A DNA stretch of 64,000 bases from Chlorokybus atmophyticus (GCA_009103225.1 RHPI01000260.1:630203-694202); one strand, 5' to 3'; shown: positions 35,981 through 48,632, counted from the first letter of the stretch. Numbers and translations: made by a program. The notes: generated by a model from the sequence alone, not told the origin.

Positions 35981-38900
35981 ATGGATCTGCCGGACGACAG
36001 AGGTGAGAGACCCCTACTGCTGGTCTGCTCTGGTCTGGAGCTTCATCATCTGGCATTGCTGCTGCACAGTGCACTGGACGGCGCTGTTGCCATGCGCACA
36101 TGCATGCACGCACAGCCCTGCATGCGTATGCTTGTGCGCACATGCACGCACATGTACACGAAGCAGAGGTGGGGTCGGAGGCTTCCTCTGTGGGCGAGGA
36201 GGAGGAGGACGCCGCTGTGTGGCTGCAGGACAAGCAGATCAAGTTTGTGAGGCTCATGTGGTGCGACAGCGCTGGACTGCGCCGCTGCAGGGTAATGACT
36301 GCTGGAAGCAAGCCAGGCCAAGGCTGGTTGTCTGATCACATGCTTCATTCATTTCTGCCTCAGTTGCTGCTGCACAAGATGTGCTTTGAGCTGGTGATCG
36401 TGGTTATCGCTGTGAAAATGAGTGTGGACTGGGAATGTGTTTATGGTTGTGTTGTTGTTGGTTTGCTGCTGACAGCTGTCATGCACAACAGAGCAGCAAT
36501 GAACACATTGTGTTGACTGCTTTCTCACCGCGAGCTTCAATTGCACCAATGGTTGCAGGAACTTCAGTCGCACCCCACGTAGTAATGAAACACCACAACT
36601 AGACTATGTCATATCAACGTGTATAAATGTTGTGCAGGTGATCCCGGCCTCGCGGTTCACTTCGGCATACTCACACGGCATCGGGCTGACCAAAGCCGTC
36701 ATGTCCATGCCAGTATTCGCCGACACGTGAGTTTTGTTGAGCAGTTGCACACAACTCTCTAACACACACTTGTGTGACACGCACACACACACACACACAC
36801 ACACAGTCCAGCCGAAGGCAGCGGCCTGAGTGTCATCGGTGAAGTCCGCATTGTTCCGGACCCTCTCACCCTGCGGAGGTTGCCATGGTGAGTAGCAGTG
36901 GTTAGGTACGTCCAGTTTGATGTTGGTATGTATGTTGTGTGTGCTGCTGTTGGGTTCCCTCACCTAAGCACGGGTACGTGTGGTGTGGTGTGGTTGGAGC
37001 AGGCATCCATCCCATGCACTCTGCATCGTGGACATGCACGAGGCCCCTGGCCGTGTGTGGGACGCCTGCCCACGGAGCTGTCTGAAAAGAATCCTCTCGG
37101 ATGCGATGACTGAGTTTGGATTGGTAGGCACCCTGTTGGCACGTCATGTTGGCGAGATCACACAGCATTTGCCAACATAACGTGCGTGTGTTTTGCCCCC
37201 CAAAAAACTCACATTATCACGTGTCACGTGTCTCAATATCAGACTGTACGAGTTGGCCTGGAGTTGGAGTTCATGTTGCTTAAGCCAACTGGAAGGTAGG
37301 CACATCTGTCTCAGCTGAACGACGACAGCAAGTGAGTATAGTGAGTATACTCTGCAGCAAAGTTGCATTCGTAACAACCATCGTAAATTGGTTTTTCTCT
37401 TTTCTCTGGCAGCGGTCGCTTCGAGCCTGTTGACAATTCAGGCTACTGTCAATCTTCGGCATTCGACGCTCAAGCTGAGCTGCTGGACTCAATGATATCT
37501 ACTCTTGCAGATGTTGGCATAACCGTTGAACAGGTACAAGTTCAAAGGTTTGAGTTGTTGAGTTCATCCCAACACAACAGAAGCAACGCATCGTGGATGT
37601 GTTAAACATGTCTCGTCAGGTGCATGCGGAGTCGTGCGGGGGTCAGTTTGAGCTGTGCCTTCATCACATGCCTGCGCTGGAAGCAGCGGACGCGCTGGTG
37701 CTTATGAAAGAGACGGTGACAGCTGTCGCTCATCGGCACGGGTTAAAGGCCTCTTTCATCCCCAAGTGGGTGGCAATGTTGGTTATGTACTCACCACGCG
37801 CGTGCTTGTTAGGCATGCTAACACACTCATTGATAGGATGTATGCCAATTCAGCGGGAAGCGGTAGCCACTTCCACCTGTCCATAATGGATGATGATCAA
37901 AACGTCTTCGGTGCGCAAGTTGGTTCTGAGCGCCTTTCTTTGCATGGAGGAGGAGGCAATAGGTATGTTGGCACTCGCGCTGTCCTCCCCAACATGCCTT
38001 GTATCACCACTCTTTTAGTGACAAGCAAGGGTGTGGTATGTGTTGATGTCCGTAGCGTGCTGCGCAGATTACCAAAGGGTTCACCGTCCAACTCCCGTTA
38101 TGGCATGTCGCCGCTCGGCCAGCAGTTTGTGGCAGGCCTGCTGCACCATCTCCCTGCCATGCTGCCATTCACTTGCCCTTTGCCAAACAGGTGAGCTATG
38201 CGTGCGTGTGTGCGTGTGTGGGTGTGTGGGTGCGTGGGTCAGCTGCCTGTATATGTGTGTGACTTGACTGCACTGCACTGTGCGTTGAACACTGTGTTTG
38301 CGCAGTTACCAACGCATTACGCCTGGCACGTGGAGCGGTGCGTACTGCTGCTGGGGTGTGGAAAACCGCGAGGCCTCGATACGTGTGTGCTCACCACCCG
38401 GCAGCCCCGCACAGGTGCACTAGTGTGCGGCTTGTTGTTGTTGCACAGTTGCACAAGTGCTGCAGAGTGAGACATGCACGCGATTGGCAGGTGTGTAACA
38501 ATGTTGAGCTCAAGTGTCCCGATGGCGCGTGCAACCCGTACCTCGCGTTGGCCGCTGCAATCCTTTCTGGCATTGATGGCATACGCAAGAAACTTCCCTT
38601 GCCACCACCTGCAGGCACATTACTGATATCCCTGTATAGTCATCATACATACACGCTTGCAACCATGTCACATGGTGTTTGGCTTAAAATCAGGACACAC
38701 CGATCTTGACCTACAAGTGTGGAAATGGCAGATGAAGACCCGCATGCGTTAAGCGAGGATGAACGCGCGAGAAGCAACATCAAGAAGCTGCCGGCCACAC
38801 TTTCAGAAGCGTTGGGTTGTCTAGAAAGGGACACTTTCTTGCAGCTGGGACTGGGATCTGACCTTGTCCAAGCGTACACCGCGGTGAAACAGGTTTGCTT

Positions 38901-39063
38901 TGGATGGGCTATACGGACTAATTCGATTTCAACTATATTCTTGTTATCTGCTGATACTTTAGCTCTGCAGAGCGAGGTGAAGTTCTTTGGCAAGCTCAGT
39001 CCAGACGTTCGGGAAGAGGATGGATACACTGCAGAAGTGGCCACCCTGTTGCAGAAGCTGTGA
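35981..39063 (+). CDS. Type-I glutamine synthetase-like protein (NodGS/FluG C-terminal domain only)
   Basis: [112 protein letters not shown]. Confidence 0.9.
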
Positions 39064-39658
39064 TTCTGTTGGAGCATCACTTGAAAGGTGGTGGGACCTT
39101 GTTGATAGCTAGTGCGCGGAGCTGTCGAATGTATCTATGAGATTTACCACCGGGAGGGTCATGCTTCCTGGTTGCATGGTTTGCTTATACACGTAACAAT
39201 TGGCTGAAACAATTGACAGTATATGCCAAGTGCCAACCGCAGTAAGGATGCAGTTTCTGGTGTTGCAATTGTTTGGCCATAGCTGAGGTTGACTTACACC
39301 GAGCATGCACGCAGATAGAGATGAGGGCTGCCAGCTACAACTGTGCAGCATGCATAGAGACAAGCATCCGCTAGCATGAAATAGGTGGCTATCGGTATCG
39401 CGGCACACACCATGCTCGTGCTCGCAGATCAGCATGCAAACGTTTCCAATAATACAAGATAATGACGATCGCGCAAAATTTTGTTGCTCTCTGCCACACA
39501 ATTTACGCCATACATCCATTGGTGCAATGTGGTCAGAATCCGCTTCAGCATTAAGGACGTTGATGCTGACTGCTGAGTGCAACAACCAGACATGTATGAA
39601 TCAACAACAGCAGATGAGACGACAAGCTGTTACTAGTAGATGAAACGGTTCAACTGGG

Positions 39659-42243
39659 TCAAGTGACATGCCGAGCGCGCACATGTGCACTCAGAAAGCT
39701 GTGTACTGCGTCCAAGTACACACTGCGCACAGCCTGTGATGCTGCCTCAGCCGCGTCTTGTGCAGCCTTTGCCCTCTCATCTCTCAGCTGTGTATCAGCC
39801 AGCAGCTGCGCGACTATGCTAGCGAGCTCGCAGCCGTCTCTGACCTGCATTGATGTGTGGATGTGTCTATGCAGTCGTTTTGCTGTTGCAAATGTAGGCA
39901 ACACCATCAAGTGCAAACGCACTCGCTCACTACAGTACTCCAAACTATTGCGACTTCTGTATGCAGATATAAACATCATTCACCGAAACAAGGACAAGAA
40001 CAGGCGGACTGGATGTCGGGTAAGATGACCACGCACACAGCCTCGAGTTGACATGTTTTGCACTCATGCGTAACAAGCTTGCGTAATTAGCGCATTGCTA
40101 ACATTGGGTTGTCAATATATTGTCATGCACAAGTCATTGTGTACCTGCCATATGGCGGCCGGGACAGTACCATTGAGGGTGCGCACCAAGCTTGAGAACT
40201 GTCCCAGATGACAACCTGTGACGGACTGGATTTTAGCCACTATACTATGCTTATATCACACTGCATGCTAGCTGCAATATGCATGTGCAATGAATTGCAC
40301 TGGCTGACCTGAAGGCAGAGAATGGTGTACCTGTCATGACGGCACAGCCCAGCTGTGCTGCCTCAACAATATTGTGGCCAGTTGCTCCCTGCACGAGAGA
40401 GTTCCCAACGAACGCAATACCACACGCGGCGTAGAACGCTTTCAACTCGCCTGAAGGAGAAGACGAGTGACTGCTGTGTATGTGTGAGTGAAGTGCAACA
40501 CTCATACTGCACACTGTTTACTCACCAAGCGTGTTCACGATGTAAACATCAGCGGGTTCAGCAGCAGAGTGACCACCCGCTCGCAAGCACACAGCAAGCC
40601 CTTGTCTTTGCAAGTCCTGTACACACGTGAACACGCGTGGTTAACGCTGACTGTCAAGCATGCCAGAGTTGGGTGTCATGGCTTGCTCTCTACCTTGACA
40701 ATGCGCTCTGTCCGTGACGTATGCCGTGGGGCAATGATGGTTAGGAGATCAGGCCACTGCTGCACGAGTGCTCTGTGAACGCGGCCGGCCACTACACAGA
40801 GTGCCCTGATCAGCCAGTGTATCAGTAGCAAGAAGCACAACAAGTGCCAACACAAACATGCGCTGTACCAATGCCCATGCATGCTTCCCTCATACCTTGC
40901 TCCTCGCCCGCGTGCGTGGAAGCAGCCAGCCACACTGGCCTGCCGACAATTACAGTTGCGTGGATCTCTTCGACAGCGCTTGCCAGCATGTGGTCCTTGC
41001 TATCTGGCTTATAGACTGACAACGTATACACACATGTAAGTCACCGAGTGACTGTGCATGCATATCTCACAACATTGATGCCATTATACGTGTAATAATA
41101 CACTGCATTAGCCGATTTACCAGGGAAGAGCTTCAGGTTGCCCGGTGAACGTATCAGTCGATCGGCAGGTGCGCCCAGTAGCAGCAGCCGCTGTGCCTCA
41201 TCATCATCCTAAGCACGGAAGCACGCTTGTCCTGAGCAAAGAGTGCTCTGCATGACGCGCATGCATGCTTTGCAGCGTGAACGTGTGCGAGCTTGCTACT
41301 TACCATGGCGATAATCGATGTTATGGTTTGCAGCATTCCCTTCACCATGTCTCTCCCACCAGGCAAAGCGCACCACCGAGCTGCGCTACGAGGTGATATG
41401 CGCGCGTTGATGAGAGCTATTGGGACCTATGAGGCGCATTGAAGCAGCATTGTCTACCAATAACAGAGAAGATCACGAGCTGAAGACAGCACACAACATG
41501 CGTAGGTTTTCTAATCTCAATCTGGCGTGTTGCACGACTCCCAAACTAAGCTACGTAGCTTTTCAATTTCAAGACTAAACTCAGACTAAGAACGCCTGGA
41601 TTCAATGCATGTGGCCAAGCAAGCAGCGCACAATATGGTAGACATGCTTCAATGTAGCTGGACGACGAACGGATCCCGGGCAACATACCTTTCTGCGTGC
41701 TGCTTCGGCAATGGTGTTGGGCCAGAGCTCAGACTCGACCAGCAGCAGCGCTGAGGGTTCGGCCTGGTCGAACCAGGCTTTGACAGCTCTGGGCGTGTCA
41801 ATGGGAGCCTGGCAGGCGGCGACTGAGGCTAAGGGAGAGGTGCAGTTCAGCGGACTGGCAGCCTTCCCAGCTAGGGTTTGAGCTGCCGCAGCGTCGCAGG
41901 CGGTGAGCAGCACCCTCAGCGGGCGGCGGCGGAGCTCCTTGCGCTCTGCCACCTCCTTGACGAGGGGCAGGGCGGCGGTGACTTCTCCGAGGGAAGCGCC
42001 ATGCACCCAGAGGGTGATGGTGTCAGTGGCGTGGCTGTCGTCATCGCCGACGCCGACACCCACGCCGTCGCCGCCGCCATTGGCCCTGCGAGGCAAGCCC
42101 AGACGCAGCAGCGGCTCCAGTAGCCATGTCAGGGCATAGTACACCCTCTGCGCATTGACAGGCAGCACCACATGATGCTCCTCCTCCTGTTCTTCCTGAT
42201 CCTCCTTCCCCACCCTCGCCGCCGCCTGCAATGGCGACCCCAT
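39659..42243 (-). CDS. KDTA: 3-deoxy-D-manno-octulosonic acid (Kdo) transferase, WaaA/KdtA family
   Basis: LWVHGASLGEV, APID, LLLVESELWPNTI, ALINARIS, GNLK, VWLAASTHAGEE, IIAPRH, AFVGNSL...GHNIVEAAQLGCAVMTG. Confidence 0.92.
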
Positions 42244-42327
42244 CCACCTCACTGCGTACAGGGCGCCACCTTTCTGCGTCACACTGCTTTGCTGCAGAGT
42301 GCACTATAGAACGGTGGTAATGCGACC

Positions 42328-42406
42328 ATGCACAGGCGATAAGCGCAGCATGCACAGGCGTTGCTCTTACAAGCGCAACATGCACAGGCGTTGCTCTTAC
42401 AAGCGC
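42328..42406. repeat. Short minisatellite: 30-bp unit x2 plus a partial third copy
   Basis: CATGCACAGGCG occurs at 42328, 42349 and 42379; GCGCARCATGCACAGGCGTTGCTCTTACAA is tandemly duplicated. Lies between the Bin3 3' end and the KDTA start. Confidence 0.85.
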
Positions 42407-42855
42407 ATCGCTCCACATAGGTACCTACTGATGATGCTATGGCCAGACTAATCACAACATCAGCAGTGTACCAAGAGCCAGCAACTCCATAGGTACTCAA
42501 GTGTACAGGGAATGGTGGACCGCTTGCAGGGTGCCCTGCGGGCACCATCCTATGCCACCAGCAGCACACGCACAAGACTACGAATGCTACAAATTTAACA
42601 TATAAGTGAGAGCAGGAGAGGAACACGAAGCATTGCAAGCCTAATGCATGCATATCGATACTGGCCCAGCAAACAACGTTTGCAAACGCCATGCCACAAG
42701 TCGAGGAGTGCACAACAACCAGTCCATGTACGTATGAAGCCAATGCAGTAACCAACAGTATACTCTACAAAGCGCTCCAGACATCCACAGTTGTCTGTAC
42801 ACTGTACACTGTACAGTTACACATGGCACCTCTCAACACCCTCCAAACATAGCTT

Positions 42856-44834
42856 CTACTTGACGCATTTGTACATGGTGCGGTTGAACCCAACAGTGCT
42901 TCCCGGTGTGGCGTCCGTGATGACGTCGACGGAAGTGAAGCCCACCTCATCCTTGAGATAATCCGGGAACTGGTCTGGGTAAATTCGCATCAACTTAAAG
43001 TTCTCTTTGGCTGTCTCAGACACATTGCGCTTGGACTTGTAGGACGATATCGGCTGCGGCTCCAGGATCAGAACTCCACCAGGACTCAAACTCTGCATAA
43101 ACAAGGTACAAAGCATTTATAGCTGTAGCGCATCTGAGCTGTAGCGCATGTTGATGGTAGGTCTGAAAGGCAATGATACATAAGGCAAACTACTTGCTTT
43201 GTGTATCTTGTTGAATAGCTTCATGATGCCTTCGTCGCCCCAATTAAGGTGTATCCATTTGGTCACGCTCAAGCTGCCAAGACACCCATCAGCTATCGCA
43301 TTGTAGCACAGTGCATGAGGCCATCAATGCGCATGTTCCGGAAAAGGCAATCACTCACTTGCATTACATTAAGTTAGGGAGGCACAGAGATCAATGAGCT
43401 TGATAGTTGCGCCCCTCTCAACCACAATGACTCTGCTGACGGACCATTAACAGCAAGACGCCGACAACACGCTAACAGCATGTAAACAAGACAGCAATTA
43501 GCGTACCACAGTATGACGTCCCAGCGGCCTCCGTCGCCAGCTACATCTCGTTCCACGTAGTTCTCACGACGGAATGACACATTCTCGGGGTACGTGTCGA
43601 TTGATAGCGGCGCAGCGCCATCACTGGACGCGCGTAGCCGCTGCTGCTCTTGCCTCAAGTGAGAGCGTGCACTGGAGATCAACACTGCAGATATAGACAT
43701 ATGCGCTCAATTATGGACTGAACCGGATAAGCAAGCATTCCCTGTCACCATGAATGCTGAGTGCATCAGTAAGGCACTTGACAGCCCACACATATCTGTA
43801 CATATACATGAGCACCTGCACCAGATTCAGGCACATGCCAGCACTCCAACGCGCTACCAACCACTTCAATTTCCTACCCACCACCGCTTGCTCACCAATG
43901 TCAATGTCAATGCCGAGTGCTTCCATGCAGCTGAACCTCTCCGCTGACACATTACAAGAACAGTTGACTTGAATAACTGTCATTGCAAAACAGCACACAT
44001 GCAAGGGTGTGGTAGGACTGGGTGGGGGAGGAGCCCTTAGCTGAAGGCAAGTGAAGCAAGCTCGCTTACCAACGGCGAGCGTGATGAGGCCCTCATTGCA
44101 GCCGATATCCAGCAGGCGCTTGCCCTCAAACCACTCGCGCTGCAGCAGCCGAAGGCGAGGGTCCTCCTCCAGCGTCTTGCCTAGCTGGGCCAGGAGAGCG
44201 GAGATAAAGACATGCACTAGTCTAAATATGCTCACATGTTGTGTACATCGATGCGCCAAGTATCCTTGGGCATTTAGAGGCATGCATGCATGTGCGCGTG
44301 TTGAACGCTTGTGAGCACAGTGTTCAACCAGTACAAATGCAATACATGCTTGTGTGCAGCTCCACAGGTGACAGGTGGCAGGACGAAGCAGCACTTGATC
44401 CGGATGATCGTTGTGCTTGCTGACATGTGTTGCTCTCAAGATGCGCATGCATGCCACACTGAACTCACCCTATAGCCATAGTAGCTATGATAGTTGCCGT
44501 ATATAAACGCCTCCTTTTTGCGCTTCTGCTTGTCCTTCTGCTGCTTGGCGGTCCCAGCCTGACCTTTGCGCTGCAGTTGATGGAACAAGCTTGGGGCGAA
44601 GGCGTTGTGCTGCTCGCCTTTGCGCTTCTTGTTGTCAGGCTTGGCTGGATTCCTGTCATCCTCTTCAACAACCGTAGCCTGTTCGTCAGCAGCACCGCCG
44701 CCTCCACCGTCCTCCCTGGCCACCTCTTCCCTGGCCTGGTCACTGACCTCCACTACAGCAGCAGCTGCTGCAGCAGTAGAAGCTACTACTTCCGCACTGC
44801 TGCATACCACATGCAAACCCCGCTTCCTCCTCAT
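42856..44834 (-). CDS. MEPCE: Bin3/MEPCE-type RNA 5'-methylphosphate capping methyltransferase (At5g51130-like)
   Basis: FIYGNYHSYYGYR, EDPRLRLL...WFEGKRLLDIGCNEGLIT, YPENVSFRRENYV, LSVTKWIHLNWGDEG, PGGVLILEPQP. Start codon uncertain. Confidence 0.92.
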
Positions 44835-44968
44835 CACCTCCAAACCAGCCGACCCAACGCCGCCACCGCCACCGCCACCGCTGCCGCCGCTGCCCCAGTA
44901 CAGTGTTAAGGCACAGTGCATTGGACGCTACAGTGGCATTGCTAGTCAATACACCGCATTGACTGACA

Positions 44969-44977
44969 TTAGGGTTT
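44969..44977. promoter_or_regulatory. Telo-box TTAGGGTTT in the MEPCE / TRAPPC4 divergent promoter
   Basis: Exact reverse complement of AAACCCTAA, lying between the two start codons. Confidence 0.55.
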
Positions 44978-45112
44978 CTAACAGAAATCTTCTCTGTGCC
45001 ATTTGTTGTGGCACCTTTTGTCCAGGAGGTTGCGGCGGGGAGGCGGTGGCGGTGGATGTGTTTGTGGCTGGCATTATGCTGTCGTTGTTCAGCGTAGTTG
45101 TTGTCTGAGGGC

Positions 45113-45892
45113 ATGTCGTCGTCGTCCTCCGGGCCGTCTCTTATCTTCTCCCTCTACGTCATCAACAAGTCCGGCGGGCTGATCTACAACAAGGTGTGTG
45201 CTTTTGGGGAGGTTGTTGTGTGGTGCAGTAAGCACAGTGTTTTTCTGTCGAGCTTGAGATTGAGGGTTGCCAATGGCTGTAAGCAGGATTTTGCGGCCAT
45301 AGTGAAGCTTGACACAAACGACTGCCTACGTTTGGCATCCATTTGGCACTCCCTGCACGCCATATCCAAGGAGCTGTCTCCGGTGCCGGGTTGCACAGGC
45401 ATTGAAACGCTTGAGGCTGACACTTTCGACCTCCATTGCTATCAAACGCTCACTGGTATGAACACTGGCAATCATCACCATATATGTGTGCACGGTCTTA
45501 TTGCCGCTCCACACATGTCATCTAGCCCGGGGTAGGGTTGTTTATGGTGCACCGTGTGTCTTGTTTTGGCGTTGCGAGTGTCGTCACGCGCGTGTTGATA
45601 ACACTGGTACAGCACTTGCGCTTTGCACTGCTATGCAGGTGACACGCTCAAAACATTTTGTTATGGGATGTTTACCTGAAGTGCATACTCTTGTTATGCA
45701 GGCACAAAGTTTTTTGTGACCACAGAGCCCAAAGCGCAGAACGTCGAGGCCCTGTTGAAAGTGATATACGAGCTGTACGCGGAGTACGTGCTAAAAAATC
45801 CGTTCTACGAGGTGGAGATGCCCATTCGCGTCGAGCTGTTTGACCAACATTTGGCTCAAGCAGTGCGCCGTGACAAGGTTGCTGGGCGCTGA
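45113..45892 (+). CDS. TRAPPC4: Trafficking protein particle complex subunit 4 (Trs23), 3 exons, 146 aa
   Basis: Exons 45113-45193, 45287-45455 and 45702-45892 (441 nt): SLYVINKSGGLIY...DTNDCLRLASIWHSLHAIS...LEADTFDLHCYQTLTGTKFF...YELYAEYVLKNPFYEVEMPIRVELFD. Confidence 0.96.
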
Positions 45893-45967
45893 AGAGGGTG
45901 GGAATAGAGTTGAAGTAGTTGGGGTTTCGCCGGGCGGTTTTCCGAGTGCACAGCGATAACAGCCGCA

Positions 45968-46606
45968 ATGGATTGGGGGAATGTGACGGCAGATGAGCTG
46001 ATATCAGCGCTCCGGGAGGTTGATTGGCGCATGCCTCCGCGTCCGCTAACCGAATTTTTCAGTGTCAGTCGATTTGCCGTGCCGGGAAGCCGCGACAAGT
46101 GGCTGTCCAGGGTCAAGTGCAATGTGTACTACTACCGCACCAACTACTTTGGCATGGTGCTGTTGTGCCTCGGAGTTGCCTTCGCCCGCAACATGCTTTC
46201 CATCTTTCCGGTCTGCCTGACCGCTTTTGCCCTTCTCTGCACCAACGACACCTTCGCCATGGCCATCAATGAGCAGCTCACGCGGCTCGTGCGCTCTATC
46301 AACCCGCCGCTTGCATCAAAGCTCCGGGCTCCATTGGCAGGGCCGGGGAAGTCGGGCTCTCGGCAGTCCCTGTACATACTGGGTCAGAAGCGACAACATG
46401 TTGTTGTGGAGCTGTCGGTGGCCAGCGCGGGGCTCCTTTACTTGACGAGCGCTGTTGTCACGGTGGCCGGTGGGCTTCTGTTAGGTCTAGGTGCAACACT
46501 GCTGCACGCCTCGCTGCGCACGCCAAATCTTAAGGCCCGCCTCAGCAGCTATCGAGCTGACTTTCGTGCGGTGTGGCGCGGCAACAATTCCTTTGCAGAC
46601 TTGTAG
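45968..46606 (+). CDS. PRA1: Prenylated Rab acceptor PRA1 family protein (plant PRA1.A type), intronless, 212 aa
   Basis: MDWGNVTADELISALREVDW...PPRPLTEFFS...RVKCNVYYYRTNY...LLHASLRTPNLKARL matches the plant PRA1.A clade N-terminus. Confidence 0.95.
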   Translation: MDWGNVTADELISALREVDWRMPPRPLTEFFSVSRFAVPGSRDKWLSRVKCNVYYYRTNYFGMVLLCLGVAFARNMLSIFPVCLTAFALLCTNDTFAMAINEQLTRLVRSINPPLASKLRAPLAGPGKSGSRQSLYILGQKRQHVVVELSVASAGLLYLTSAVVTVAGGLLLGLGATLLHASLRTPNLKARLSSYRADFRAVWRGNNSFADL

Positions 46607-47343
46607 TGCGTTGTGATGGGCAGTTCTGGACACCTTCTGCTCAACTTGCCATGTTTTGGGCCTGCGTGCTTTGCTCTTAAGGGGTGCAGTTGTGTTGGTT
46701 TCAACCAATTCCTGTAACTAGTTCGTCGGTTATAGTTCGACACTATGGAGTGCAGCAAGTGGAGTGTCAGCCACACAGCTTTGAATATAATGCTTGTGCA
46801 TGTGCTTATATGTTGTCCAGCCCTTATCAGATACGCATCTGGCAGGTAAACAACTCATGACTGGTGCATGCCGTGTGCATGGATTGGTTGCATGCATGAC
46901 ATCTCCGTTGCATCTTGTGTTACACGAGATGTGTACGCAAGTTGTGTACACAAGAGTTGCATAATAGTGAATGCTAAGGTCGGTAGCTATGCAAGTGCAG
47001 CACCAGCAGACGAGATAGGTAGGCACATAGGACTCGAGTGGGACCAAGACAGAGTTAAGCACAACACTAGCACACATTGGGAGTAAAACATATAGGAGTA
47101 AGACTCTATCACTGCTAGACCCTCATGTAGCAACGGTGGGGCTGTAGCAAGCATGGAGATAGCACGGGTACGTAGAGGCAAGCACATGCAGAGCGCAGCA
47201 GGCAGATCTAGAGGTAAAGGTTAGCCCATGGAGTACAAGCGCTCGCAGCATGCACAATGACATAGACGAACACGTTGATGTCACAATATCGACATCATTA
47301 CGACCTGACAAACAAATGTATCACCTGACCTAAGACTCAAGGC

Positions 47344-47392
47344 GTTGTAAGCTTACAACACCTAAATGTTGGAATGTTGTAGCTTACAACAC
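47344..47392. repeat. Tandem pair of palindromes GTTGTAAGCTTACAAC / GTTGTAGCTTACAAC
   Basis: Perfect 16-bp palindrome at 47344-47359 and a copy with one base deleted starting at 47376. Confidence 0.85.
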
Positions 47393-48603
47393 GTTTTGAC
47401 AGAAACGGCATCACCTGTCTGAGGAAGGAAGGCCACACCCTCTGGCCTCAAGCACATCATGTGCGACACGGAGTGACGCTTGCACGCTGCGGCACGCACA
47501 TTTGAGATGGTAGGGGAGCTCCGGCCACAGTAACCGCACGGTGTGATGGGGCCTCGATTGCGGCCCTGTTGTGATATGTAAGGGCCTTTCAATATCCACT
47601 GGCAAGACACCTCACGCAGGTGGCACTATCGTAGTGTTCTGAATTGTTCGTGACGAGCAACGAGAAGATATATAGGAATTATTTCGTCAATACCCCGCAA
47701 AACTATGTTCATTGCAGTGTATATGCAATGGAATGGACTGCATACTAGGTAGTTGCTGCCGCCGAGCAGGGGGAGTTCAGTTGATACACTGCACTTGCAT
47801 AATTACTTATTTTACAAACAATTCGTGGCACTACAATAGTTTGCCACTTGCGTGGGCCTAGTCTACTGGTGCAGCATAAGATGCTCATCAGCAACCGGAG
47901 TTCAACTATTCGTTTCCAACCAGGACATTCGATGCTTATGGCTCCATAGACAGTGTGCCAACTCTAAAAGCACATATCGGATTATGCGAGCAAGTGGTAA
48001 CATGACATTTCACATACCACAGTGACGAAATCACGGCAGTACTTTTTACAAAGAGATTAATTTGTGTAAAAAGTAGCGGCCACAAAGTTACTTTGTGGCA
48101 TTTCGTCAAAACCCTGTCATACTGTGCATTTTAGTCGCAAACCAGAAAAATGCACACTTGTCATCGGTGAGACAATTTGGCAAACTTGTTGACAACTTTA
48201 CACTTAGACTCATGATGTGTTTTTACATGGGTTCCTGAACACATATACCTGTAAGTTTTGCAAATCATATCAGTTCAAGTTTAATGGCCACTTGACTTGA
48301 AGATTGTTAAAGTAATAACACTTCGAAATCCACAATATTAATACAGTTCAGCCGTTATGTGCATATACACTAACATCATACAGTAATAATTATTACCGTT
48401 GAAATGCGATTGGTGCATAAGGTTCACCAACACAGAAGGCCAAACCGCGGGCAACATCCACTCGTTAGTCGCATATCTACGCTAAGTGCATATTCTCAAT
48501 GGGTTTACTAGGGGCACCAATGTCATGCACATATCGAGGTTTGACTGTATTGCGGTTTGCCAACTTGGCTTGACCCCTAAGAATGGACACTTTGATTGGC
48601 AAT

Positions 48604-48632
48604 TTTACAATGGTTTACAATGTTTTACAATG
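48604..48632. repeat. 10-bp tandem repeat (TTTACAATG core) x3
   Basis: tttacaatggtttacaatgttttacaatg. Confidence 0.85.

Noticed and set aside
47344-47392. CRISPR-like repeat-spacer array
   Set aside because: Only two short palindromic copies with a 14-nt spacer, eukaryotic context and no cas genes.
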